From assembly GCA_903916255.1 (NCBI GenBank), contig CAIWVW010000006.1:24026-88025 (forward strand): a DNA stretch of 64,000 bases, in the 5' to 3' direction. The notes under the pieces are model-generated. The model was not told the DNA's origin and did not search any database. It saw only the letters and a program-made list of their open reading frames with translations. Made by a program: the position numbers and the translations under genes. This DNA comes from an uncultured Bacteroidota bacterium (GTDB lineage Bacteria > Bacteroidota > Bacteroidia > JABEUT01). Numbering within the stretch: the first letter of the stretch is position 1; each line of letters starts with the position of its first letter. Shown here piece by piece: positions 48,037 through 57,211 of this stretch.

Positions 48037-49998
48037 TTAGTGAATAGCCACCTTAACTACACGTTGAATATGGTCATTACCAATTCTCACCAGATAAATG
48101 GATTTGGCAAGCGATGAAACATTGAAAGAAGTTTGCAATGTTTGTGAATTGGAAACTGTTTCCTGTTGCATAATTGTTTTACCATTTTCATCGAAAAGCT
48201 GAACCACTAACCTTTCGCCCTGCGGGAAATCGACACCCTTTATGTTTAGCGTGCCTCCGTTTTGATAGGCTGTAAGTGATGCATGGTACGAATCTACAAC
48301 AGCAGGTACATCGGTAGAGCATACAGGAACCTGGAATGAGAACACCCTGGTACCAGCATTAATTCCGCTTCCGGCGCCATTTTCAGCATACATGGTAGTT
48401 CCCCAGAAGGTTTTGCCGTCAATAGGGTCAACCGAGAGGTGTGAATAATCGCCCCAGCGGTTACCATTACCTTGTGGCGTATTTACAAGCGTATTACCGG
48501 TAGCGGCAGTACCTTCCGTAAGGGTCATGGTGTTAAGTGCATCGCAATATCTTCTGCCGGTATAACGAATTCCGGGATAAACCGAAGTAGGGTCGGAAAC
48601 GGTGTAAAGCATACCAATATCTCCATTTTGGTCCATAGCTATAGAGGCTTCCCAACGGCTTATTCCATCGTTTGGCCCATAGGTCGATTCCTGGTAAACG
48701 CTCCATTTTTTAGTAGTTGTATCCTGGTGCAATTCATACCAACGGATAGCTGATACAGGAGCCGATAATGTTCCGATATTTACAGGGAACTGCATTACTG
48801 CTGAATTGTAGCTGGCCCATCTTAAATAAGGAATACGGTATCCGAAGAAACCATCTGATGAGGCCAAATAATTGGAGGTTTGGTTGCCTGGTTGAGGAAG
48901 GTTGGCATCAAAATCGGCCGGGAAATTAGAATTGAATGTGGCCATTGTCAGTGTTTGATACTTTGCGTCTATCGAACCGCTACGGCTAGTCCAGTTTACG
49001 CTGATTTGTTCGATAGAAATTGAATCTACAGAACCACCGCAACCCCAGGTATCATCCCAGTAATAGAAAAGATATTCCGGAGCATCTGCGGGAGGAAGGG
49101 TTCCATCACAATCCAGCATTTGCGGACAGAAAAAGTTACCGCCGCAGTTTTCCAAATTGTAAGGGCCATAGTTCCATGGCATGGCTACAAAAGCCGCATG
49201 CTTGCTTCCTACTAACATACTGTCGCGTTCGTAAGCTACTACCATATCGGGCGAGCTGCAATTACAGGTCATGTAATAACCATTTCCCCACACTGCATAT
49301 TTTGGATAATCGTCGAAGCTGTTGGCGTATGGCTCGAATGCATAAATCCAATAGGCTCCTGCAGGGTCGTTTGTTTGAGACACTGCAAACAAAAGTGTAT
49401 CTATATTGTTGTTTGGCGGAATGTAGCCTTCAAATTCGGAAATAATCCAACGGTCGGCTATTTTATCATATATGGTAACCGGGTCTCCGCAATCACATTC
49501 ACCCACTTTTCCAAAAAGAACATCAAGGTCTGTTTGAGGAATATAGGAAGCTCCGGTTTTGTCCCAGGCTGCAAAGGTGCTGTTAATGGTTTGCACATAG
49601 TAGTTCGAACCAATCATCCCGTTAGGGTCCTGCGGATAAGAACCAAGGCCACCCTGACCTTCAAAATTCTCGATAGGGGCAGGAGAAGTCAGGCTTCCGT
49701 AGGTTGTTTGACGGGCGGCATCAGGGATAGGAACATCTATTGCGGGGTGATGCGATGTTCTGGCAAAGTTTTCCATAGATGGACCATCTGCTGCAGGGCC
49801 GAAATGGGTTGCCAATTTGTTTAAGCCTTTGGCATTACGCTCGGCAATAAGGTCTCTGAGGGGCTTTGTAGCCTTTACATAGTAGCATTCTTTGTACATA
49901 GACCCATTGGCATTGTGAATTTCAATGGGCGCATTATTTTGCGCTGACAGCGAAAATGCACACGAAATGCCAACAGAAAGTGTGAGTAATTGTTTCAT
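48037..49998 (-). CDS. T9SS-secreted Cys-rich protein of unknown function (paralogue 2)
   Basis: Same motifs as 43731..45689 (DPNGMIGSNYYVQ, FFCPQMLDCDGTLPP, RWGDYS); CTD ..YLVRIGNDHIQRVVKVAIH. Confidence 0.88.
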   Translation of the reverse strand: MKQLLTLSVGISCAFSLSAQNNAPIEIHNANGSMYKECYYVKATKPLRDLIAERNAKGLNKLATHFGPAADGPSMENFARTSHHPAIDVPIPDAARQTTYGSLTSPAPIENFEGQGGLGSYPQDPNGMIGSNYYVQTINSTFAAWDKTGASYIPQTDLDVLFGKVGECDCGDPVTIYDKIADRWIISEFEGYIPPNNNIDTLLFAVSQTNDPAGAYWIYAFEPYANSFDDYPKYAVWGNGYYMTCNCSSPDMVVAYERDSMLVGSKHAAFVAMPWNYGPYNLENCGGNFFCPQMLDCDGTLPPADAPEYLFYYWDDTWGCGGSVDSISIEQISVNWTSRSGSIDAKYQTLTMATFNSNFPADFDANLPQPGNQTSNYLASSDGFFGYRIPYLRWASYNSAVMQFPVNIGTLSAPVSAIRWYELHQDTTTKKWSVYQESTYGPNDGISRWEASIAMDQNGDIGMLYTVSDPTSVYPGIRYTGRRYCDALNTMTLTEGTAATGNTLVNTPQGNGNRWGDYSHLSVDPIDGKTFWGTTMYAENGAGSGINAGTRVFSFQVPVCSTDVPAVVDSYHASLTAYQNGGTLNIKGVDFPQGERLVVQLFDENGKTIMQQETVSNSQTLQTSFNVSSLAKSIYLVRIGNDHIQRVVKVAIH

Positions 49999-50217
49999 TT
50001 TTTGTATGGTATTGGTATGTTAGTGTTGCAAGTATATGAAATTAAAATGAAATTAAAAGAGATAAGAATCTCATAATTATAAACAAATAGTTATTTCATG
50101 CCGAAAACATGAGCGATGTCATTTTTGGATGTATTAATTTGTAAATATAGCAATACTAAACTAAATAGTAAAATAGTTAAAATATAGTATTAAATGATAA
50201 AAAACGGCAATGTGCGG

Positions 50218-50305
50218 CTGATTAATATCAGCGGTGAAAATGATAAATCTCACTTGTGTCCGGGTGTCAAATCATGATTTTTATTTAACCAGTACTGTTC
50301 TTTTG
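50218..50305 (+). promoter_or_regulatory. FNR/CRP-like site array and variant -7 box
   Basis: CTGAT-TAAT-ATCAG (50218), ATGAT-AAAT-CTCAC (50240), GGGTG-TCAA-ATCAT (50262) at a 22-bp period; TTCTTTTG at 50298..50305. Confidence 0.6.
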
Positions 50306-50325
50306 CGCCACCAAATTAAAAGAAC

Positions 50326-50601
50326 ATGCCAATTACTTTAAGTATCCAGTCTTTTCTTTCGTTTGCATTTGTTGCATTAATTTTTCTACCCTTGCCGATA
50401 TTGATAGTAACTAACCTGTTAGGATATTTGTCTGATTGGTTTATGTTTAACAGTTACCACAAGATAATAGAAAAAAAATACGCGCATCTGCAGTCGATTG
50501 AAGTGGAGCACCTGAAAGAAATTTTTCCGCATAAAAATGAAAAGCATTTGGAAAGCATGGCTGATTATATTAATGGAAAAAGAAATTCGAACGGAAATTA
50601 A
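50326..50601 (+). CDS. Small membrane protein (91 aa), paralogue of 1..181
   Basis: N-terminal TM with PLP motif; A-rich leader; similarity to the ORF at the window start. Confidence 0.8.
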   Translation: MPITLSIQSFLSFAFVALIFLPLPILIVTNLLGYLSDWFMFNSYHKIIEKKYAHLQSIEVEHLKEIFPHKNEKHLESMADYINGKRNSNGN

Positions 50602-50612
50602 AATAAAACATT

Positions 50613-50691
50613 GGGCAGGAATCATAAACATGCTGAGCTACATCAATCTCATAGGCGTAAACGATTTTGCTTGGTAGATTCTTGCCCTTTT
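50613..50691 (+). ncRNA. Candidate structured RNA, copy 1 (3' UTR hairpin)
   Basis: 11-bp closing stem GGGCAGGAATC/GATTCTTGCCC followed by TTTT; core TCTCATAGGCGTAAACGATT. Confidence 0.55.
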
Positions 50692-50722
50692 CCTTTATGT
50701 TTTTCTAATAAAATCAACAGAA

Positions 50723-50766
50723 CTGACGTATATCAGTAAATTTTAAAATAAGTGCAATTACATTTG
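50723..50766 (+). promoter_or_regulatory. Class II-type promoter: FNR-like box plus consensus -7 box
   Basis: CTGAC-GTAT-ATCAG (50723..50736) and TACATTTG (50759..50766); no ORF follows. Confidence 0.7.
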
Positions 50767-50770
50767 CAAC

Positions 50771-50880
50771 CTCAAAAAAGAGTTTAAGCTCTTTAAATGC
50801 GGGGGGAGGTATTAGCTAATGTCCAAGGTTGTTCTCATAGGCGTTAACGATTCAGGCAGGCGATATTCTCCCCGGATTTT
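50771..50880 (+). ncRNA. Candidate sRNA, copy 2 (about 110 nt)
   Basis: Promoter upstream; 5' hairpin AAAGAG/CTCTTT; stem CGGGGGGAG/TTCTCCCCG enclosing TCTCATAGGCGTTAACGATT. Confidence 0.62.
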
Positions 50881-50936
50881 AGAAGGAAAAAATTTTCTTC
50901 TTCAAAAATCTCCGAATACTTAATTTGATTATCGCA

Positions 50937-51989
50937 TTACGAGAATTTGCGGATGCGTTCTAACCCAAACGGATTGAGAACTTTAATTTCCCTTCCGTCT
51001 GTTTCAATCAGCCATTCCCGTTTAAAATCAGACAAGGTGCGTATGAGTGATTCGGTAGATGAGCCTGCAATGCTGGCTAATTCTTCCCGTGAAATCCGAA
51101 TATTATCGTTAGGTGAATTTTTGCGGTGCAATTGTAAAAGCACATCGGCTACGCGTGAACGAACAGAATTATACGCAAGGCTTAGCAGCCTTTCTTCGCG
51201 TTCCGATATATTATTGGCAAGCAATTTTACAAACCGGGTAGATACTTCATGGTTGGAATATATTAGCGACAGGAAATCGTCCTTCGGAATAAGCGCCACT
51301 TCCGCTTCATCGAAAGCACTTGCAGAATCGGTAAACGATGCGCCTTCCAACAAAGCTACATATCCAAAGAAATCTCCGGGGCCATATATTTCGGTAATAA
51401 ATTCTTTCCCTTCCTGATTTACTTTCCAGGTTTTCACTTTTCCTTTTATTACGAAATAAACGGATGTCGGTTTTTCACCTGCTTTATATAAGTCTTCTTT
51501 TCCCCGGAATGATTCGATATGATAATCGGCAGCAACGGATAACGGCAGGCTGAATTTTTTCGCCTCATCTATAAATTCTGCTAAGCCGCTCAAATCGCGG
51601 GAGTAATTCTTCCGGAAAAACTCGGCCCGGCGCAAACGTGTGCGTATGGCATTTAGCAAATCCGCTTCCCTGACGGGTTTGGTAAGATAATCGTCTGCGC
51701 CCAGGTTCATACCCTTGCGCAAGTCGGTTTTTTCGGCTTTGGCCGAAAGAAATATAAATGGGATACCTGCCGTTGATGGGTTTTGCGACACATGCTGAAG
51801 CACACCGTAACCATCAAGACCGGGCATCATAATGTCGCAGATAATAAGGTCGGGCCTTTCGCTCAGGGCCAGTTCTACGCCTTTGTTTCCATTGTCGGCA
51901 GTTACTACCGTATAATTGGCAAGGTCGATAACTTCCGAAATATTCTCGCGCATTTCTGCGTCGTCTTCTATAAGTAGGATTTTTTTCAT
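50937..51989 (-). CDS. Response regulator fused to Crp/Fnr-family domains (REC-cNMP-HTH)
   Basis: LLIEDD..LIICDIMMPGLDG; cNMP-binding fold (GDFFG); ISREELASIAGSSTESLIRTLSDF HTH. Confidence 0.93.
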   Translation of the reverse strand: MKKILLIEDDAEMRENISEVIDLANYTVVTADNGNKGVELALSERPDLIICDIMMPGLDGYGVLQHVSQNPSTAGIPFIFLSAKAEKTDLRKGMNLGADDYLTKPVREADLLNAIRTRLRRAEFFRKNYSRDLSGLAEFIDEAKKFSLPLSVAADYHIESFRGKEDLYKAGEKPTSVYFVIKGKVKTWKVNQEGKEFITEIYGPGDFFGYVALLEGASFTDSASAFDEAEVALIPKDDFLSLIYSNHEVSTRFVKLLANNISEREERLLSLAYNSVRSRVADVLLQLHRKNSPNDNIRISREELASIAGSSTESLIRTLSDFKREWLIETDGREIKVLNPFGLERIRKFS

Positions 51990-52003
51990 AACTATATATC
52001 GGT

Positions 52004-53767
52004 TTAGTTCAATGTGTTAGTAGTGGGTATATTAATGGTAAACGTAGTGCCTACACCCTCTGTGCTCTTAAAATTAATGCTGCCTTTCATCAGGTCGGTA
52101 TATCGTTTTACAATATTAAGACCTAATCCCGTACCTCTGACATTAATAGCATTTTTTGCCCTGAAAAAATTTTCGAACAGATGAGATTGGTCAGTTTCTG
52201 GAATACCCATTCCATGGTCGGTTACATCTATTTCCAGTTCTTTATCATTCAGCTTGGTTGTAAACTCGATTTCCGAACTCTCGGGCGAGTATTTACTTGC
52301 ATTCGAAAGCAGATTTACTATTACATTCTTCATCATTTGGTTGTCCAGAAATACGCCCGTATTATTGCCGATATGCTTATAGGTTATTTTTTGCCCGGTT
52401 TTCAATGTCGAGTTTAATTCATCTATCAAATCTTCTGAAAATAAAACAATATTAAACAGTGTGGGTTTCACTTCTATTTTGCCTTGTTCCAGCTTCTCCA
52501 GCGAAATAAAGCTGTTTAATATATCTACCAAATGGTCCACCGATGATTTTATACGCAGTAAATGCTTGTTGCTTTTATCGCGTATTACATCCACTTCATT
52601 GCTGTTGCGTATGTATTTTTCTATCAGTTCGGTAGAGGATATAATGGTTCCCAGCGGTGTTCTGAATTCATGCGAGGCGATAGAAACAATAAGCGATGTA
52701 AGTTCATTTAAGTGCTTTTCTTTTTCCAGCGATGTCCGTACATCCTGCTCGGCCCTTTTCTGTGCGGTAATATTTTGTTCTACCAGCAAAATTTCGTCAA
52801 TCTCTGTATTTCCGCTGTTCCATAAAGCAACAGCGCTGGCTGTATATAACAGCCCGCGATAGGTAAATTCAAAAGTAGAGTTGATACTTTTCCTTTCGAA
52901 GACCTTCATAAGCTCCCTGGCTATTTCACCTCTCTTTTCCGGCGGAAAACGGGTTAAGTAATCGGTACCCATTAAATCTTCGGGTGCAATCTCGAATTTT
53001 GAAAGTTCTTTTCCGTTGGCAAAAACATATTTTAAGTCGCGGTTAAGAACATTGATGGTACCATCGGGAAAGTTAGTGGCTATCATTTCATACCGCCGCT
53101 GACTGTCGTGTAGCTTTTGTTCGGCCAAGTTTCTTTTTCGGCGGTCGTTCAAATGCAATATGTAGGTAAGAATAAGTAAAAGCACACAAACCACAATACC
53201 CGCAAAATAGAATTTACCGGTTGCACCTGCATTATGCACCATGTCGTCTTCTTTCTCTTCCAGCAATGCTTTGGTCGATTTTTGAAGGCGGTCTATCATG
53301 GCATTTATCGAATCGGAAACATTCTTCTCTGTATCGGATGCTATGATACGCTGGGCGGCCTCGAAACCGTTTTTGCTGCTGCGTAAAATGATACCCGTGT
53401 TCAGTAGTTCGATGCGCATGGATATTAACGAATCGATATGCGTGAACGATTTGCGTTGCTGCAGGGTCGGATTGCCTATTGTCAGCAGTTCGCCCGCTAT
53501 TTTGGTTAACTTGTTGCGGTCGCTTATATAAGGGTCGAGGTACATGTTCTTACTCGTAATTATATACCCCTTTTCGGCATTTTCGGCATCCTTTAGGGTA
53601 GATTGGATGGTTCCCAACGTTTCGATAAGCAGGTGCGTATTTGTTACATCTTTGTCGGATGCTATGTAGGTGGAAGTACTCCGGAATGACTCGAAGCCAA
53701 TAAACCCAAGAATGGCAATAGCTGCAACGTATCCAATCAGGATTAATCTGTCGTAAATACTTTTCAT
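52004..53767 (-). CDS. CHASE3-PAS sensor histidine kinase
   Basis: DAENAEKGYIIT..YLDPY (CHASE3); PAS-like segment; ASHEFRTPLG; NLLSNASKYS; GTGLGL. Confidence 0.93.
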   Translation of the reverse strand: MKSIYDRLILIGYVAAIAILGFIGFESFRSTSTYIASDKDVTNTHLLIETLGTIQSTLKDAENAEKGYIITSKNMYLDPYISDRNKLTKIAGELLTIGNPTLQQRKSFTHIDSLISMRIELLNTGIILRSSKNGFEAAQRIIASDTEKNVSDSINAMIDRLQKSTKALLEEKEDDMVHNAGATGKFYFAGIVVCVLLLILTYILHLNDRRKRNLAEQKLHDSQRRYEMIATNFPDGTINVLNRDLKYVFANGKELSKFEIAPEDLMGTDYLTRFPPEKRGEIARELMKVFERKSINSTFEFTYRGLLYTASAVALWNSGNTEIDEILLVEQNITAQKRAEQDVRTSLEKEKHLNELTSLIVSIASHEFRTPLGTIISSTELIEKYIRNSNEVDVIRDKSNKHLLRIKSSVDHLVDILNSFISLEKLEQGKIEVKPTLFNIVLFSEDLIDELNSTLKTGQKITYKHIGNNTGVFLDNQMMKNVIVNLLSNASKYSPESSEIEFTTKLNDKELEIDVTDHGMGIPETDQSHLFENFFRAKNAINVRGTGLGLNIVKRYTDLMKGSINFKSTEGVGTTFTINIPTTNTLN

Positions 53768-54041
53768 TCTTTTTTAATTACTCAACAGGGTTTAATGGTC
53801 AGTTATAATCCTATGCAACATTACGGAAAAAAAGTAATATTAGTAACTTAATACGCGAATAATCGTAAAGGTTACCGATATTATCGTTAAATTTTAATGG
53901 CTGCCATGATTTGTGTCATTGCAAGCCGTGGGGCAAATCAAGTGGAATATGTTTTATTTGTTGATTATCAGTGCGTAAGTTTATTGTGTACATCCGGAAG
54001 GAACAACAGTATAAATGAATGCTTGGTAAAAATAAGCGGAA

Positions 54042-54055
54042 ATGATTAAAATCAG
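54042..54055. promoter_or_regulatory. FNR-like palindrome
   Basis: ATGAT-TAAA-ATCAG in the kinase / DUF6089 intergenic region; second site ATGAT-TTGT-GTCAT at 53906..53919. Confidence 0.55.
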
Positions 54056-54184
54056 GGTGTAGATTTTTGAAAAAACCCACTTTAGCGTCGGAAAACAAAA
54101 TCGGCTCAGATAAAAACAATTTAAAGATAATATTACGGTAATTTTAACTGACTGCCTGAATAGTATAATTGTAAAAAATAACGA

Positions 54185-55063
54185 ATGCGCAAAATAACTT
54201 ACGTTTTTTCTTTTTTTCTGATGTCGGCCGTTTCGGTCAAAGCTCAATTCGCCACTGAAGTTGGGTTAAACATTGGTGCATCCAACTACCTTGGCGATAT
54301 TGGAGGGCAGTTGCAAAATGCGCGGCCCTGGCTTATCGATATGAAAGTGCAGGAAACCCGCTGGGCAGTGGGCGGATACGTAAAGCAAAAGATTAACAGC
54401 CATTTTTTTGTAGAAGCCCAGCTCAACTGGATTCGCATTTGCGGGGCCGACAGTTTATCGACCAATCATGGCAGGGTAGGGCGCAACCTGTATTTCAGGA
54501 ACGATATTGAAGAGTTATCGGCTATGGCCGATTGGATTTTTTATCAGGTAACGGATATTGGCGGCTACTACAGTTATAAAACTACATTCAATGCCTATTT
54601 AACGGGCGGGGTAAGCGTATTTCACCACAACCCCGAAGCTATGTATGAAGGAGATTGGGTAAGCCTGGAACCTTTGCATACAGAAGGGAAATCGTACAGC
54701 CTTATTCAGCCGGGAATACCTCTTGGTTTTGGGTTTTTCTATATTTTTCAACGTCAGTATAGGGTAGGGTGGAATTTAATATGGACTGAAACCTTTACCG
54801 ATTATCTGGATGATGTAAGCGGAAATTATGTTGCATTGCCCGAAGGTTCGGAGGCTGCTTATATGGCTAACCGCACATCCATGGTGCCGGGAATGACTAA
54901 AAGCTGGGCCGATAACTATTTGCCCGGCAACAAGCGCGGAGACCCAAGTAACAAAGACAGTTTTATTACAACTCAAATATCGCTGGGTTATGTAATTAAA
55001 GGCTCGAGCCATAAGATAATACATAAGTCCCTGTTCAATTACAGGTCGCGCTCTACGTTCTAA
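54185..55063 (+). CDS. DUF6089 / PorT-like outer-membrane beta-barrel protein
   Basis: GASNYLGDIGG, RNLYFRNDI, TFTDYLDDVSG, RGDP..KDSF motifs. Confidence 0.85.
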   Translation: MRKITYVFSFFLMSAVSVKAQFATEVGLNIGASNYLGDIGGQLQNARPWLIDMKVQETRWAVGGYVKQKINSHFFVEAQLNWIRICGADSLSTNHGRVGRNLYFRNDIEELSAMADWIFYQVTDIGGYYSYKTTFNAYLTGGVSVFHHNPEAMYEGDWVSLEPLHTEGKSYSLIQPGIPLGFGFFYIFQRQYRVGWNLIWTETFTDYLDDVSGNYVALPEGSEAAYMANRTSMVPGMTKSWADNYLPGNKRGDPSNKDSFITTQISLGYVIKGSSHKIIHKSLFNYRSRSTF

Positions 55064-55674
55064 TTCTTCAGCTGAACCTTTTCTTCGCAAAACCCGAATT
55101 CTTCTTCGCGGTTGTTTGAGAACACGATAATCGTTTTCCCTTTTGCATACTCGTTAATCATAGCCTTATACCATTGAACCGAATTGGCATCCAGTGCGGT
55201 AACAGGCTCATCCAGCAATAGGAGGGGCGTATCTGACAAAATTGCCAAGCCAAGTTTTACCCGCTGTTTCATACCCGATGAGAAGTTCCTGTAATGCTTT
55301 TCGCGCGTATGCTCGAGGTTAAGAATCCCGATGGCATCTTTTACCGAAATATTGTTTATAAACCGCTTAAACTGTGTATGGAAAGTGATGATTTCTTCCA
55401 ATGTGTATTCCTCCGGAATATCAAGCCAGGGCGCGGCAATAGAAATGTATTGAAATACATCTTCCGGTTTCAATGTTTTATTATTCCACGAATGTGTAAT
55501 GCTTCCTTCCGAAAGTGTTGCCCCGCCTGAAACTATCTTTAACAAAGTGGATTTTCCCGAGCCATTCGGCCCGATTACAACATACTTTTTGCCTGAAATA
55601 AACGCATTCGAGAAATTCCGGAAAATCCAGTTGCTTCCGTACTTTTTGCCTGCATTTGTGAGGGTGATGTTCAA
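55060..55674 (-). CDS. Stand-alone ABC ATP-binding protein
   Basis: GPNGSGKST; FSSGMKQR; LLLDEP; TTG start. Confidence 0.9.
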   Translation of the reverse strand: MNITLTNAGKKYGSNWIFRNFSNAFISGKKYVVIGPNGSGKSTLLKIVSGGATLSEGSITHSWNNKTLKPEDVFQYISIAAPWLDIPEEYTLEEIITFHTQFKRFINNISVKDAIGILNLEHTREKHYRNFSSGMKQRVKLGLAILSDTPLLLLDEPVTALDANSVQWYKAMINEYAKGKTIIVFSNNREEEFGFCEEKVQLKN

Positions 55675-55712
55675 TTTCTGTGAAGGTTTTCCTGTAAGGT
55701 AGATAAATTATT

Positions 55713-56366
55713 TCAGTTGCTGTTATTTACGGGAACATCACTATTGATACCTGCATAAACCAATACTTTGTGTTGCTTTTTTGAATATGCAATACATTGA
55801 TAACATTCTACTCCTATGGAATATTGAAATCCAATAATTGATTGGTCTGAATCTATTTCTTTCATAAATACAGTATCGCTTTGTATCTCATCATCTACAG
55901 GGTTTCCACCGGTAACGGTATCAATGAAAGCTGTAGAGTTCTCAAAAAATGCTTTCACTCGATATTTAATACTGTCGTCAATATTTGCAATACCCGCTCC
56001 TCTGATATCAGACTTGTTGAATAAATCAGAGCTTAAGAAGGTATCAACATAAATCCTTTCTCCCTTGTATGAAATAATAGAAAATATAGCGGTAGCATTA
56101 TACAAGGAATCGCCTATTAGTATTAACTTAAAGGTATCTTTTTGTGAATGGTTAGTAAAGAAATGCGGCGTAATATTGGATGTTAAAATATGCTGAGCTT
56201 GATTTAAAGAAGTAGTCGGCTTAATTGCAACTTGTGTGCCTGCACTATCTTCATTTTTTACAGTTTCATTTTTGTTGCCCCTTGAATTACATGAATAGGC
56301 AATGATACAAATAAGAAGAGTATATGCCGTTACTTTAATTGAATGAAAAAATCGTATTGAAATCAT
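55713..56366 (-). CDS. Hypothetical lipoprotein (AT-rich)
   Basis: Lipobox AYSC; ATG 56366. Confidence 0.78.
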   Translation of the reverse strand: MISIRFFHSIKVTAYTLLICIIAYSCNSRGNKNETVKNEDSAGTQVAIKPTTSLNQAQHILTSNITPHFFTNHSQKDTFKLILIGDSLYNATAIFSIISYKGERIYVDTFLSSDLFNKSDIRGAGIANIDDSIKYRVKAFFENSTAFIDTVTGGNPVDDEIQSDTVFMKEIDSDQSIIGFQYSIGVECYQCIAYSKKQHKVLVYAGINSDVPVNNSN

Positions 56367-56396
56367 AAGCAATCAGCGTCATCTGCGTTCTATGCT

Positions 56397-57206
56397 TTAA
56401 TTCTCCACCGCATCCGATTCTTTCAGGCTGCTCAATGGGCCTTTCATAATGCCATTTGGCGAATTATTAATGAAATCGATAATGCTTTGCTTTTCAGCAG
56501 AGTTTGGTATCTCCGCTTCAATGGCTTTTAATGCTGTGGGTATGCTGGTACCCATTACATAAAGCAGGCGATAAATATCTTCTATCTGTTTAATGACTTC
56601 CGGTTTAAATCCCCGTCGGGACAAACCTACCGTATTTACACCGATATAGGAAAGCGGCTCTCTGGCAGCCTTTACATAAGGGGGCACGTTTTTCCGCACT
56701 TTTGAACTGCCTGCCAGAAAAGCGTGTGCGCCAATGCGGATAAACTGCTGCACCATGGAATAGCCTTCCATAATTACATAATCCTCAATATCTACATGTC
56801 CCGCAAGGCCGCTGTATCCTGAAAGAATAACGTGGTTGCCAATAACGCAGTCATGCGCCACGTGCACATAATTCATGATTAAGCAATTGCTGCCTATAAC
56901 CGTTTTCCAGTTTTCTTTAGTACCGCGGTGGATGGTGCAGTACTCACGGATTACGGTATTATCGCCTATTTCAGTAGTTGTATCTTCACCTGCAAATTTT
57001 AAATCTTGCGGAACAGCACTGATAACAGCTCCGGGAAATATGTTGCAGTTTTTACCGATACGCGCACCGGGAAATATTACCGCATGGCTCTGGATATGGG
57101 TGCCAGCGCCAATTTTTACATTATCATGGATAACTGCAAACGCTTCAATGGTTACATTTTCACCAATCTCCGCATTCTTATGTATTTGTGCCAGTGTACT
57201 TATCAT
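56397..57206 (-). CDS. lpxA: UDP-N-acetylglucosamine acyltransferase
   Basis: Hexapeptide repeats; PQDLKF; IREYCTIHRGT; HVAHDC; ATG 57206. Confidence 0.96.
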   Translation of the reverse strand: MISTLAQIHKNAEIGENVTIEAFAVIHDNVKIGAGTHIQSHAVIFPGARIGKNCNIFPGAVISAVPQDLKFAGEDTTTEIGDNTVIREYCTIHRGTKENWKTVIGSNCLIMNYVHVAHDCVIGNHVILSGYSGLAGHVDIEDYVIMEGYSMVQQFIRIGAHAFLAGSSKVRKNVPPYVKAAREPLSYIGVNTVGLSRRGFKPEVIKQIEDIYRLLYVMGTSIPTALKAIEAEIPNSAEKQSIIDFINNSPNGIMKGPLSSLKESDAVEN

Positions 57207-57211
57207 TTCAT

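Noticed and set aside
50613-50880. 6S RNA, tmRNA, SRP RNA or CRISPR repeat
   Set aside because: Only two core copies 186 bp apart within separate 75-nt hairpins; no long rod with central bubble, no tmRNA ends, no cas genes
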